64,000 nt of DNA from Xylographa opegraphella (Eukaryota), in contig JALDZX010000013.1 of NCBI GenBank assembly GCA_022813865.1, positions 62,001-126,000 on the forward strand. The letters run 5' to 3'. This document shows positions 1 to 10,668 of this stretch, in pieces (positions within the stretch are counted from its first letter, which is position 1; each line of letters starts with the position of its first letter). Below the pieces are notes generated by a model, which was not told the DNA's origin, searched no databases, and worked only from the letters and a program-made list of their open reading frames with translations. The position numbers were made by a program, and so were the translations under genes.

Positions 1-111
1 ATCAACCGCTTTGCTTCGCTTTGTTATGACCGGCTTGGGCCCCGTATTAGAACTACCACTAAGAGAAACGGGCTGCAATTGTTCCCCAAGCAGCGTCACA
101 TCCGAGTTCAT
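1..111 (-). CDS. possible 5' end of an unidentified gene running off the left edge
   Basis: ATG at 111 (minus) opens a frame (MNSDVTLLGEQLQPVSLSGSSNTGPKPVITKRSKAVD...) with no stop to base 1. A CT-rich leader and an intron-like element (449..402) lie upstream. No family recognised. Confidence 0.3.
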   Translation of the reverse strand, partial: MNSDVTLLGEQLQPVSLSGSSNTGPKPVITKRSKAVD

Positions 112-1367
112 CGAGTGCGAGTACGGCGAGGGAGTCTGATGTGTCTCCAAGAACGTAGCCTCGAAAGGAGGAGATGAATAATAGGGTGGTTGAATCAAAG
201 GAGCCAGAATGTCGACTTAGCCTGATGCTGGTATGTGACTCGAAGACAACCAATCAGGAATGTTCGGTCTGGTATTGATTTCTTCACTCCAGAACAACTC
301 CACTGCCTTCTGGAAGGAACAATTCCGATTGCTTGATGCAGCAGCTTTCCAGCTGGTTCGACCCGGACCAGAACCAGAGCGGTGATTGAGGATGCGACAA
401 ACTGGGTACAGTTAGACTGGAACGCACTTCGACGTGCATGCTCCCTTACCGGGGATCTCAGCTGAAAGGCTGGCGTCATATGGGGGTGGGCGACAGCAAT
501 TGGCTGGAGGCCACAACGAGTGACCAGGTTTAAAAGCGCGCCGGGACGTTGTTTGGTTCTTAGAGAGGTGGGGGAAGACGGAGAGGTTCAGGCTAAGTAA
601 TTGGAGGGAGTGTTTGCCGATAGCGCAGCTCTAATGCACTGTACACGAAAATGAAGGGTCGAGAATTGTTGAAAGTGATCCGGCTACTGAGAAGAAGATC
701 AAGGAGGATATGTGTGCCTATTTTGAAGAACAAATGTGAGAGATCTGAACGGGTGGAAGCAGGACCGCAAATAGAATTCACGTTTCACATCTGCCGGCGA
801 CGTCGTAATGCGGCATCACGTGACCGAAGGGGCGCGGCTCGACGAAGTTCCGAAGGCGGGAGATCTGCATTGAATGGACGAAGGAGCACTATGAGACATA
901 GGCATCTTTCTTGGAGTAAAAGGCCAGGCTCTACTCGGGGGCTGTAGCCACTGACGCAAGGGTTATGGGACGAAATTGACTCCCGATTGTGAAAAGAGGT
1001 AAGCTGGTTTGTTTACAATTCATATTGTTTATTGAGTACCGATATTGCAATGTCTCGGCAATACAACATATTCTAGAAATTGAACATCATGTCTGATATG
1101 CATAGTCAAGTAGGAGATGTATGGAGTATAGCGGGGAGTGTACCTGTCATGGAATTCAATTGTATTGTGCAGTGAACAGTGATATTTTGTCCTTCATTCT
1201 GAGATAAGTTCAACTTCATCAACCGTGCTGCAATATTGCTGTCAATGTCAAAGCCGGCTTCGTCAGGCCAGACATATAGTGAACATCGTGTCACAGCTTA
1301 GCTATCTTCCCTTGCACAGCTGAAAGTTCCAGGAATCTCTGCAACCGCGGTCCGCTATCAAAGCCAC

Positions 1368-2919
1368 ATGCCTACCGAGCGCCTCCCTCCAGCCCAGCCA
1401 GCCTACGTCCTGCGAGGCCATATATCCCAAGTTCACGCCTTGTGTTTCGCCCACAGCAACAGCAGGCTTTTCACAGGAGATGCTGACGGCTGGGTTGTTT
1501 CTTGGAGTCTTGCTTACAAACGCCCAACTGTTGTCTGGCGAGCCCACGATAGCACCATCTTAGGACTCTCGGTGTGGGGTACGGATCGGATCATCACGTA
1601 AGTCTCTTCCCAATTCTATACCGGAAATTCGAAGCTTAACACCGCCGGTTTGGTTAGGCATGGTCGAGATAGCAAGCTTCTGGTCTGGAAGCTTGCGATT
1701 GCAGACGAGGAAAATCTAGATAAAATTCTACCAGTCGACAACGCTCAAGACAACGCTCAAGACAACGCTCAAGACAACGCTCAAGACAACGCTCAAGACA
1801 ACGCTCAAGTCAACTGCAAGAGACCAGAGATAATCCATAGCCTAACTGTCAATACTCTGAATTTCTGCTCATTCGCATGGTGCAAGGACGATCACGACAA
1901 CACCGTTCTGCAAATTGCGTCAAAGGAAACAGGCTCCCCTTATCCTATCTTCATAGCCGTGCCAAGCATCCTTGACTCTGACGGCGTACGTCTAACCCTA
2001 GGCACAAACGACCAGAACCGTTCCCGCAGCTAACGACTACAGATCGACATCTTCCAACTCCCCTCCGAAAAGCGCCGCAGCACCGTCCCCGCTGACAAGA
2101 CCCTCAAAACAGGTAAGCAATCCCAGCTCCAACACCCATTAACCACAGCGCTGATGTCAGCCGTCCAGGCATGGTCATGGCACTGGCCCTCCACTCCGCA
2201 AAGCCCACCAGCCGCCTCATCGCCGGCTACGAAAGCGGCCACACCATCGTGTACGGACACAAGGTCCCTGAGAAAAAATGGCAGAAGCTTTACTCCGCGC
2301 AACCCCACTCGCAGCCAAGTGCGTCAACCCCAACCCTTCTCTCCTATCCCCATCATCCTCGCTGACACCAAATAAAACAGTCCTCTCCCTCGCCCCCTCC
2401 CCCTCATTCGAATACTACCTCACCTCGTCCGCAGACGCCCTCATCGGCAAGCACCCCCTCCTCTGCGCAGCCACGGCTGTCGACCCGGACACCCAGCCCC
2501 TCAAGCTCTTCAACACCAAGCACGCCGGCCAGCAAGGGCTCAGCATCCGCTCCGACGGCAAGATCTACGCCACCGCCGGGTGGGACGCGCGCGTGCACGT
2601 CTACTCCGCCAAAACGATGAAGGAGCTCGCGGGGCTGAGATGGCACAAGGAGGGATGCTACGCGACCGCCTTCGCCGAGATCGACGCGCCGGTGACGCAC
2701 TCTCCGGAAGACGCAGGACTTCACAACAGCGCCGGATCTGCGCAAACAATACAAGCAATTGATTCCTCTAGTAGCGAGCCTCTACTCTGCACAGCACTCG
2801 CTACCGTGCCTGCGGCCGCATCCACAGTCTCCCAGCGACGAGACCTCAAAGCGCAAACCACGCACTGGCTCGCCGCCGGCTCCAAAGACGGCAAGGTCTC
2901 GCTGTGGGACATCTACTGA
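1368..2919 (+). CDS. ASA1: ASTRA-associated WD40 protein Asa1
   Basis: Five exons (1368-1597, 1658-1985, 2043-2112, 2169-2318, 2381-2919) join in frame across GT-AG introns. WD motifs PAYVLRGH...TGDADGWVVSW, HGRD, VNTLNFC, KHAGQQGLSIRSDGKIYATAGWD, and C-terminal WLAAGSKDGKVSLWDIY are typical of fungal Asa1. Confidence 0.88.
1737..1808 (+). repeat. perfect 12-bp coding tandem repeat (GACAACGCTCAA)x6 encoding (DNAQ)6
   Basis: Read directly in ASA1 exon 2. Confidence 0.97.
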
Positions 2920-2926
2920 CCGGCCT

Positions 2927-5284
2927 CTACCCGATATTGAACTCGCTTGCCCCCGCCATATGCGCATCCATCGCCTTGCGCATCTTGCGCGCCGCATCCT
3001 GCTTCTCCGTCACCGGCACCACGTCGTCATCCTTCGCTAACCCCTCCCTCCTCGGTGGCCTTCTCACCGCCTTCGTACCTGCTCCACTCCCACTTCCACC
3101 CCGACCCATACTTCCCGGTCGATCTCGCAGCGCAAACGCTTTCGCCAAATGCCCCAGATGTAGAGCCTTGACGTCGAACATCCCGCGCTCCTTGAGCACG
3201 TGCGTCGCATACGCCCGCACGTGACTGACGAACGCCTTCCGCGCCATCTCGCCCGCCCGCGCATCCTCGAGCACCCACCGCTCAGCATCGAGCTGCCACG
3301 CGGTGGCTTTGTCTTCCCATTCTTTGCTGTAGCTCTTGGCCCCATTAACGGGCCGAGTCCCTTCGCTTCCGAACCCCTTTTTGAGGGTATCTTCGGCTTT
3401 GGAGCCGACGACACCGGAGCCGACGCCGTCGAGGTACCCTTGTTTAAGAATCTCGACGTAACCTTCTTCGGGGCCGGGCATCAGGAAGATGACGGCTCGC
3501 CCGTCGCGTCCGGCGCGCGCGGTGCGGCCCACTCGGTGCAGGTGGTCGTCTGCGGAGAAAGGGGGGTCATATTCAATGACGAGGTCGATATTCGGGAGGT
3601 CGAGGCCGCGGGAGGCGACGTCCGTACAGAGGAGGATGCAAGGGTGGGAGGAGCGAGTGAAAGCGGAGAGAGTGGCAGTGCGAGTTTGCTGAGGCAGGGA
3701 GCCGTGAAGTTTGTGGAGGGTCAGCAGGGGGTTGGCGGGATTTGTGAGGAGAGGACAAGAGGAAACGGTCGGTAGTGGAAGAATAGTCGAAGTTCCAGGC
3801 TTTGGTATACTCTCCTCCGCACTTGAGGAATCGTCGCCATCGGTTTTGACCTCTAGTGCGGATTCTCGGCCGAAAGCTGCGAAATGGAAGTCTACTGAGT
3901 CGGCGCAGGAGAGGAATACGATCGCTTTCATGACGGATCCTTTCCGGGCGAATGTCCGTTTGAGTAGTGCAGCTAGTGTGACGAGACGCTGTTTGGGCGG
4001 TACCAGTATGTAGGACTGTTTGAGTTGAGCAGGAGCTGAGAAGTGCGCATTTTGAGCCTCAGAGGCTTTATCGTCATTTGTATTGGAAGACAGATCCGCC
4101 TTGATATGAACAGCGTCTTTTAGACTGATTTCCCCCAGACGTTGTACATTCATTTTCATTGTTGCCGAGCAAAGGACTGTTGTTCGTGTGGCTGGCAAGC
4201 CTGGCATGCTCCTCACTCTGCTCACTCGACTTCGGTCTTCCAGCTTTGAGACGATTCCACGGATCTCTTCCTCAAATCCAAGCTCCATCAATCGATCACC
4301 CTCGTCTAGAACTAACCATCGGACGTTTGAAACATCCAGCGCTTCGGTGTTCGAGAGATGATCGGCGAGGCGCCCAGGCGTAGCCACTAGGATGTTAACG
4401 CCTTTCCTGAGCCGCGCTTTCTCGGACTTCTTCTTCTCCCCTCCAATGACTGTCCCAGCTACGATCCAGTGCGCACAGCGTAGCAGATTGTCGAGGACGA
4501 TTGAGATCTGCTTGCAAAGTTCGCGTGTAGGGGCAAGAACTATTGCAAACAGACCAGAGTCCCTATGTACCTGCCCAGAGCTATCGCTATGGACGTATCG
4601 AGCCCTGTCCTTGTGTATCAGGTTAGAGCCCCCTCCACTGCTAGTACCGGGAGTTATAGATTCCTTGCTCTTAGATAATTCCATTATACGCTGCACGATA
4701 GGCAGAAGATATGCAAGTGTCTTCCCGGACCCTGTCTCAGCCTGAATGAAAGCATCCGAGTCTTCTTTAATCAGTTGCGAGATTGCCGCCTTCTGGATTG
4801 CAGTGGGCGCTTTGAGGTTCAATTTTGTGAGAAGATGCGCCGCGATGGTGGTTGAGAGACCGAGCGAAGTAAATGTATCCAACCCATCGATAAGTGGGGC
4901 ATTGGATGGTTTGGTAGGAATACCTTCTGCCTTAGGCTCCTTCTCAATCTGAATCTTGGAGGTCGGATTGGAGGAGAAGAGGGACGAGACGACATCATGT
5001 CGCACATTTTTGCCATTACTGGCATTTGGCCAGCCATCATTGCTTTGAGTGGTTCTTTGCCTTTTGCTAGGCCTATCCTCTGTGAATGGTGCCTCTGCAG
5101 TCGCGTCTCTGCTTGGATCCGCAACATACAACGGAGCCCCACTTCCTTCATTCTTTTGATGCCGGTACTGAGCCCTTTTTTTCGCACTCAGCCTCGCTTT
5201 CCATGGACCTCCTTTGAAGATCTGTGGTGCATTCAGTGTATTCTCCCCAAGCGCAAAGTTCATCAACATGCCATCCTCGGCCAT
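2927..5284 (-). CDS. DBP7: ATP-dependent DEAD-box RNA helicase Dbp7 (60S biogenesis)
   Basis: Single long ORF with Q motif PTAIQK, AETGSGKT, PTRELC, TPGRLADHL, the Dbp7-type DEGDRL variant, SAT, and HRVGRTAR. Ends in ASEFNIG. Likely start is MAEDGMLMNF at 5284; the ORF is open back to 5440. Confidence 0.92.
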   Translation of the reverse strand: MAEDGMLMNFALGENTLNAPQIFKGGPWKARLSAKKRAQYRHQKNEGSGAPLYVADPSRDATAEAPFTEDRPSKRQRTTQSNDGWPNASNGKNVRHDVVSSLFSSNPTSKIQIEKEPKAEGIPTKPSNAPLIDGLDTFTSLGLSTTIAAHLLTKLNLKAPTAIQKAAISQLIKEDSDAFIQAETGSGKTLAYLLPIVQRIMELSKSKESITPGTSSGGGSNLIHKDRARYVHSDSSGQVHRDSGLFAIVLAPTRELCKQISIVLDNLLRCAHWIVAGTVIGGEKKKSEKARLRKGVNILVATPGRLADHLSNTEALDVSNVRWLVLDEGDRLMELGFEEEIRGIVSKLEDRSRVSRVRSMPGLPATRTTVLCSATMKMNVQRLGEISLKDAVHIKADLSSNTNDDKASEAQNAHFSAPAQLKQSYILVPPKQRLVTLAALLKRTFARKGSVMKAIVFLSCADSVDFHFAAFGRESALEVKTDGDDSSSAEESIPKPGTSTILPLPTVSSCPLLTNPANPLLTLHKLHGSLPQQTRTATLSAFTRSSHPCILLCTDVASRGLDLPNIDLVIEYDPPFSADDHLHRVGRTARAGRDGRAVIFLMPGPEEGYVEILKQGYLDGVGSGVVGSKAEDTLKKGFGSEGTRPVNGAKSYSKEWEDKATAWQLDAERWVLEDARAGEMARKAFVSHVRAYATHVLKERGMFDVKALHLGHLAKAFALRDRPGSMGRGGSGSGAGTKAVRRPPRREGLAKDDDVVPVTEKQDAARKMRKAMDAHMAGASEFNIG

Positions 5285-5651
5285 GTTGAAAATCACTGGT
5301 TGTCCGCGTTGAAAGACTGCGGAGATTTTCCCAGTTTGTTTCCTCGGCTCGGGCCGACTTCGTTCCTGAAATTTGTGTTTGGATGAATTTGTTCCGACCA
5401 CGTCCACAAGCTCGCCATTGGGACGACACGAACGCAGCATGATCTATCACGACGGCAAAGAAGTCGATGCTTCGTGAGCTCGGCCGAGAAGGCCAGCATG
5501 GCTCACGAAATTGTCTTCTTTGGTGAATGCTACTCTCAACTTACTCTTCTTCTTGCACAGCGATCCCTCTGCGCAAACCCACAGTTTCTGACAGTCCTCT
5601 CCGAGTCTGACGTTGTCTTTGTTTCTGATTCAGGACTGGAAGCAGCTCAGG

Positions 5652-6947
5652 ATGTCGGCAGGCAATCTCATCAGAAAGTACGCTGCCCAATCTCTGACAG
5701 TTATCCGGAACGTTCATCAAAGAAAACCTCGCTCTCAAGGTGCTTCTATGAATTTAGAGAGGCTATTGGAGGAAAAAGCACTCGAGAAGTCTGGAACAGG
5801 ACCCAAGATTGATGTCATTCGGAATGTCTCCCACCTTCGTCAAAAACGTGAAGCGGCACGATCGTCGGGAAAGAGAGTTGCCCTGGTGCCTACAATGGGA
5901 GCGTTACACAATGGTCACCTAGCACTGGTTCGGGCTGCGGCTCGACATGCTCAAGAAGTCTATGTATCAATTTATGTCAATCCAACCCAATTCGGGGTGA
6001 ATGAGGATCTGGACAGCTATCCCAAGACATGGCATCAGGATCTCATACAGCTACAGCAATTGAACCATTCTATGGAGGGCCAGGAGCAATTCATTGGAAA
6101 GGTTACAACCATTTTCAACCCTACAACTAATGTCATGTATCCTGGTCTACCGCCAACATCTGAACTACATGGATATGGGTCATTCATCAATATTACTCCT
6201 CTTGCAAACGTTCTTGAAGGCGCTGCGCGGCCTGTATTCTTCCGAGGCGTTGCAACAGTGGTGATGAAACTCCTAAATCTCGTGCAGCCAGATGAAGTCG
6301 TTTTTGGACAAAAGGACATTCAGCAAGTCCTAATCATCAAGCGAATGATAGAAGACTTCCATATCAATACTCAGCTATTTGTAGCACCAACAGAACGGGA
6401 GCACGATGGACTAGCTATGAGCTCAAGGAATGTGTATCTAGGGGATCGGCGGCGCCGTATCGCCAACATCATTTACAAAGCAATGCAGGCCTCTCAGATG
6501 GCATGGTCGAAAGGCAAGCGCAGTAGACGCGAGCTACTCGGACCAGCTCTAGGTGTGGCAGAATCCATCCAGAACACTCAGCGTGCCCTTCCCCCTTCGG
6601 AACGGGCTGGTTTCGAAGTCGATTATGTGTCTCTTGCTGATCCCACCACTCTCGAGGAGATTCAGTCTGTTGACGAGGAACGTGGGGCTATCTTGAGCGC
6701 AGCTGTGGTAATGCAACCTGTGGAGGAACCTCAATCAGGTGAATATCTAGGCCTTGGCCGCGGACTGACCCCTGTTCGGTTGATCGACAACCGCATATAT
6801 GGTCAACATAAGGTGTTTCCATACGAAGATAGTAGGCGATCTCTTGAGCAGTTATCAGATTCTCGAGCTGCGAGGAACCCATCTGTCTCTTCCACTGCTG
6901 TCAATGCTCCTACAAAACCTGAGTTCCATTCCGCTACCACATCGTGA
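5652..6947 (+). CDS. PAN6: pantoate-beta-alanine ligase (pantothenate synthetase)
   Basis: VALVPTMGALHNGH, VSIYVNPTQF, LEGAARPVFFRGVATVV, FGQKDIQQ, REHDGLAMSSRN, RLIDN. First ATG at 5652 is followed by a basic N-terminal extension. Confidence 0.95.
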   Translation: MSAGNLIRKYAAQSLTVIRNVHQRKPRSQGASMNLERLLEEKALEKSGTGPKIDVIRNVSHLRQKREAARSSGKRVALVPTMGALHNGHLALVRAAARHAQEVYVSIYVNPTQFGVNEDLDSYPKTWHQDLIQLQQLNHSMEGQEQFIGKVTTIFNPTTNVMYPGLPPTSELHGYGSFINITPLANVLEGAARPVFFRGVATVVMKLLNLVQPDEVVFGQKDIQQVLIIKRMIEDFHINTQLFVAPTEREHDGLAMSSRNVYLGDRRRRIANIIYKAMQASQMAWSKGKRSRRELLGPALGVAESIQNTQRALPPSERAGFEVDYVSLADPTTLEEIQSVDEERGAILSAAVVMQPVEEPQSGEYLGLGRGLTPVRLIDNRIYGQHKVFPYEDSRRSLEQLSDSRAARNPSVSSTAVNAPTKPEFHSATTS

Positions 6948-7048
6948 AAGCTTCAATGACCTCAGGTCTGCATCAACGGGGTTTATACTCAAAGAGAAAA
7001 CGAGCCACTCATCTTGAGTCATCACCAATCGTTGCTAAGATGTCGTTT

Positions 7049-7855
7049 TCAGAGATCGTCTATTCGTCTCTGCTTAAACCTCTTGGTTGCACGGTCTGTG
7101 GCTCTTGCCTCGAAGTGTGACCCATGAAGCTCAAATATGAGATATCTGGGCTCTTCGATGCTTGGTACCTCAACTGAAGCTTCATTTGGCATGGCACTTT
7201 GACCAGCTGGCTGACCGGCAGTTGGGTGTGGTACTTTAAATCGAAAGACCGAGTGCCTCTTCGGTACGGCTATCCCAAGAATAAGTCAGAGACACTTTCC
7301 AAACTGCTGGAGAATCATCATACTCCGTAACACGTTGCGCTTGGTGATCATTTCAAATGTAAACTTTGTGTCTTTAACCACAATTCCTTTGGACCCCACT
7401 CGTCCTACACATCGACTTCTCACTACCTCCAACTCCGCCCCATGGTAATCCGCACTGGCGAGCTTTGAACCTGCACCCTCCACCGTCACATACGCTTGTT
7501 CTCCCTCTTTCAGGCCTAAAATTTCCCACATATAACCCACCCACATGCGATGCAATGGCTCGTAGATTTCGTATCTTTGGTCTTCTTTAGGAATTTCGTA
7601 GATACCCAAGACACGTTTCTCCCTGGCAGTCAATGGCTTTGGTTTCCGTCGGCGACGAAGATGTTCTGCCTGGCGCAGACGCTTGAGTCGTCGTCTCGCG
7701 CGAGCGTCTTGGGAAGTGGGATCCGGGGAGGTGGGGCGTAGGTTCAATGGCTTGTGAAGAATCTTGTCAGTGAAAATGCTTTGAGCTTCCAGTGGGGTGT
7801 GAGCCTGGGAGAGGATCTGGTAAGCGATGTGACTCAGATCCTTTTCCGACGCCAT
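7049..7855 (-). CDS. POP4: RNase P/MRP subunit p29 (Pop4/Rpp29)
   Basis: YEPLHRMWVGYM, KLASADYHGAELEVVRSRC, GIVVKDTKFTF. After one intron (about 7323-7271) the second exon gives VPKRHSVFRF...FELHGSHFEARATDRATKRFK, with the stop at 7049. Confidence 0.9.
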
Positions 7856-8156
7856 GCTTCTGTCGAGTCGATGAATATTGTATACGAAGTAGCTCAGATA
7901 CAGTTCGAAGAGCTGACTCGAGCTGGCCAAAGCTCCTCTGCTTTAGTCCACAAACGGCATAGTCTGGCTCGGAGCTTTCCCCGGATTTAGGGACCATTTG
8001 AAGCGTCCGACTTCCCTTTTCTGGCCGTTGGGAAGACTCACTTTACTTTGAAGTTACGCGGTGGATCTTCCGAAGACCAAGAGGGAACCAGAGAATTCAA
8101 TTATGGAATCTTTTTCTGAAAGATGATAGATACGGCGCTCCGGCGTATTGCTAAAG

Positions 8157-10668
8157 ATGTCATCTTCCAAGCAGGAAGTGGCTGCTGCGCCAGACCTCGA
8201 GATACTGTCCACCACTCTTCGTCCTGGTGGTTACGTTCAAGATGATGGACCCGAGCAGAATGTGATTGCCTCCTACGCCAGTTTCCGACAAGCTCCCCTC
8301 GAGTTTCTCAAGGAGGTGAGCTTGCACGTGTCGGGAACGGGATGGCGGAGCTATGATTATATAATTGGACAACCTGTGTTTTACCAAGGTTTTTCGGAAA
8401 ATATGAAAAATGCCGTGATGAGTAGACCAATGCTCCAGGCTAGAATCAGGGAGCTTGCCGGAAAAAGGTTGCAGGTTGAGGATGATGAGGGTTTGCTTGG
8501 TGTTGGTGGCTTCAAGGAGAAAAGGAAAGCCGAGAGAAGGGAGGAATTGGAGCAGAACCTGGAAAAGGTTGCCGCGGATACTACGGACAATATGATCTGC
8601 AAGATGGAGTCAAAGAGATTTATCAGGGGCGCATACTATTTTGCTACGCAGCTACTGACAAGAGCTTACCACCAAGGTGAATAGCCGTCATGACTCTGTT
8701 CGATCTCCGCTAATGCATCAAGTAGGTATTCATGTATCCAGTGAGGAGGTTATACGACTGAGAGATGTGGCTGCAAATGCAGCTACCGATAATCATAGCA
8801 TCATATTTCTTCCTTGCCATCGATCACATGTCGACTACGTATCGCTTCAGGTTATATGCTACCGACTTGGCATATCATTGCCCACTGTAGTCGCTGGCGA
8901 CAACTTGGCTCTACCTGGACTGAAGCAGTTTCTGCAATCGGCGGGTGCGATGTGGATTCGAAGGAGCTTCGCTGGCGATGCTTTATACACTACTATTGTG
9001 CAGTCATACATAGATACTCTCCTTCAAATGGGTATGAATATTGAGGCCTTCATCGAAGGGGGAAGATCAAGAACAGGCAAACTATTGTCGCCGAAGTTTG
9101 GCATACTGAGCTTCATTATGGACGCTGTTATCTCTGGACGTTGCGACGATGCTATCATATGCCCCGTTAGTACACAATATGATAAAGTCATCGAGACTGA
9201 AGGATATGTGAGTGAACTCCTTGGGCAACCGAAGCCCAAGGAGAACCTCATGGACCTCTTGTCTTCCTCTTCAGTACTCTCTCTCAAGCTGGGTCGAGTT
9301 GACGTGCGCTTTCACAAACCTTGGAGCTTGAAGACGTTTATTGCCGAACAGCAGGCACGCATGAACATTTTGCCTCAGCAAGTTGGAGTAGGTATTTCGA
9401 AGAATACGGAGAACAAGGCACGTCTTTTGCGCACAATGGGCTATAGAGTTCTTTCCGATATCAATTCGGTATCTGTGGTGATGCCTACTGCGCTTGTGGG
9501 CTGCGTTCTGTTGACCTTGAGAGGGCGTGGAGTCGGTATGAGTGAGCTTGTCCGGAGAGTTGACTGGCTCTGTGATCGGGTACGAGGGAACGGTGGTAGG
9601 GTTGCACACTTCAATGGTATCCCCACATCCGACGTTGTTCAGCGTGCAATCGAAGTCCTTGGACCGGATCTCGTCAATACAGTGGATGGTCTGTTGGAGC
9701 CTACATACTATGCCGTGGATCGCTTCCAGCTAAGCTTCTACCGCAACCAAATTGTACATCTCTTCATTAGTGAATCTGTTCTCTCGCTTTCATTATATAC
9801 AACCGTGAAGCGAGGGGGTGGGCCTTCCGATCAATTGATGTCATATGCCGCCCTTTACAAACAGGCTGAGTTCTTGTCGCAGCTCTTCCGAGGCGAGTTC
9901 ATCTTTCCTACAGAAGGACTACGTGTCAATCTTCTGAAGACACTACATGGCCTAGAAGCAGATTCAGTCATCACTGTCTCTCGCGATCCAGATGGAACGC
10001 CAACAACAGTCGAGCTCAGTGACCAGGAACGCCAACGAGGCAGGGAAGATTTCGATTTCTACTGTTTTCTCATCTGGCCGTTCTGTGAAGCCAGCTGGCT
10101 CGGTGCGGTGTCGCTCTTGGCTCTGACCCCTCCAAAGGACGTCAAAGGCACTTCACTTCAGTTGAATAAGGTTCAAGATATGGCACAGTTATTTGGAAAG
10201 ACACTCTATCACCAGGGTGACTTGAGCTATTTCGAAGCAGTCAACAAAGAGACCCTGAAAAATGCCTATCAGAGATTCGAAGAGGAAGGCATCATCTTGG
10301 TATCGAGGAGCAGGGACTCGAAGGTACCCGCTACCATTAAGCTATCCCCACAGTGGACCCCGAGCCGAAATGAGCTCGGCGCAATCAAAGCAGACGGTCG
10401 GTTGTGGGACTTCACAGAGAATATAGCGCTCTCTCGGCGAGAAGGGTAAGTGAAGCGCTGCGGATGTAGTGTGATGTGCTAACACAGGAACAGGAAGAAT
10501 CGACGGGACGGCGCTACAGTCAGCACTCGGGTCTTAGCATTGGCCGACAAAGCTGGTCAAGAACTGTATATGAACGCTTCGTTTGATGCTTTGAGTTCTG
10601 TAAGTAAGGATGTAGGCTCTCCCAGCAAGAGACGCCGGAAAGAGATACAATCGAAAGCGCGATTGTGA
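8157..10668 (+). CDS. PlsB-family glycerol-3-phosphate/dihydroxyacetone-phosphate acyltransferase, predicted peroxisomal
   Basis: Exons 8157-8676, 8726-10445, 10494-10668. Acyltransferase motifs HRSHVD (HX4D), GAMWIRR, FIEGGRSRTGK and ICPVS. The spliced C-terminus ends ...QSKARL*. Confidence 0.88.

Noticed and set aside
1737..1808. Direct repeats as a possible CRISPR array
   Set aside because: No spacers, eukaryotic coding context; a simple tandem repeat.
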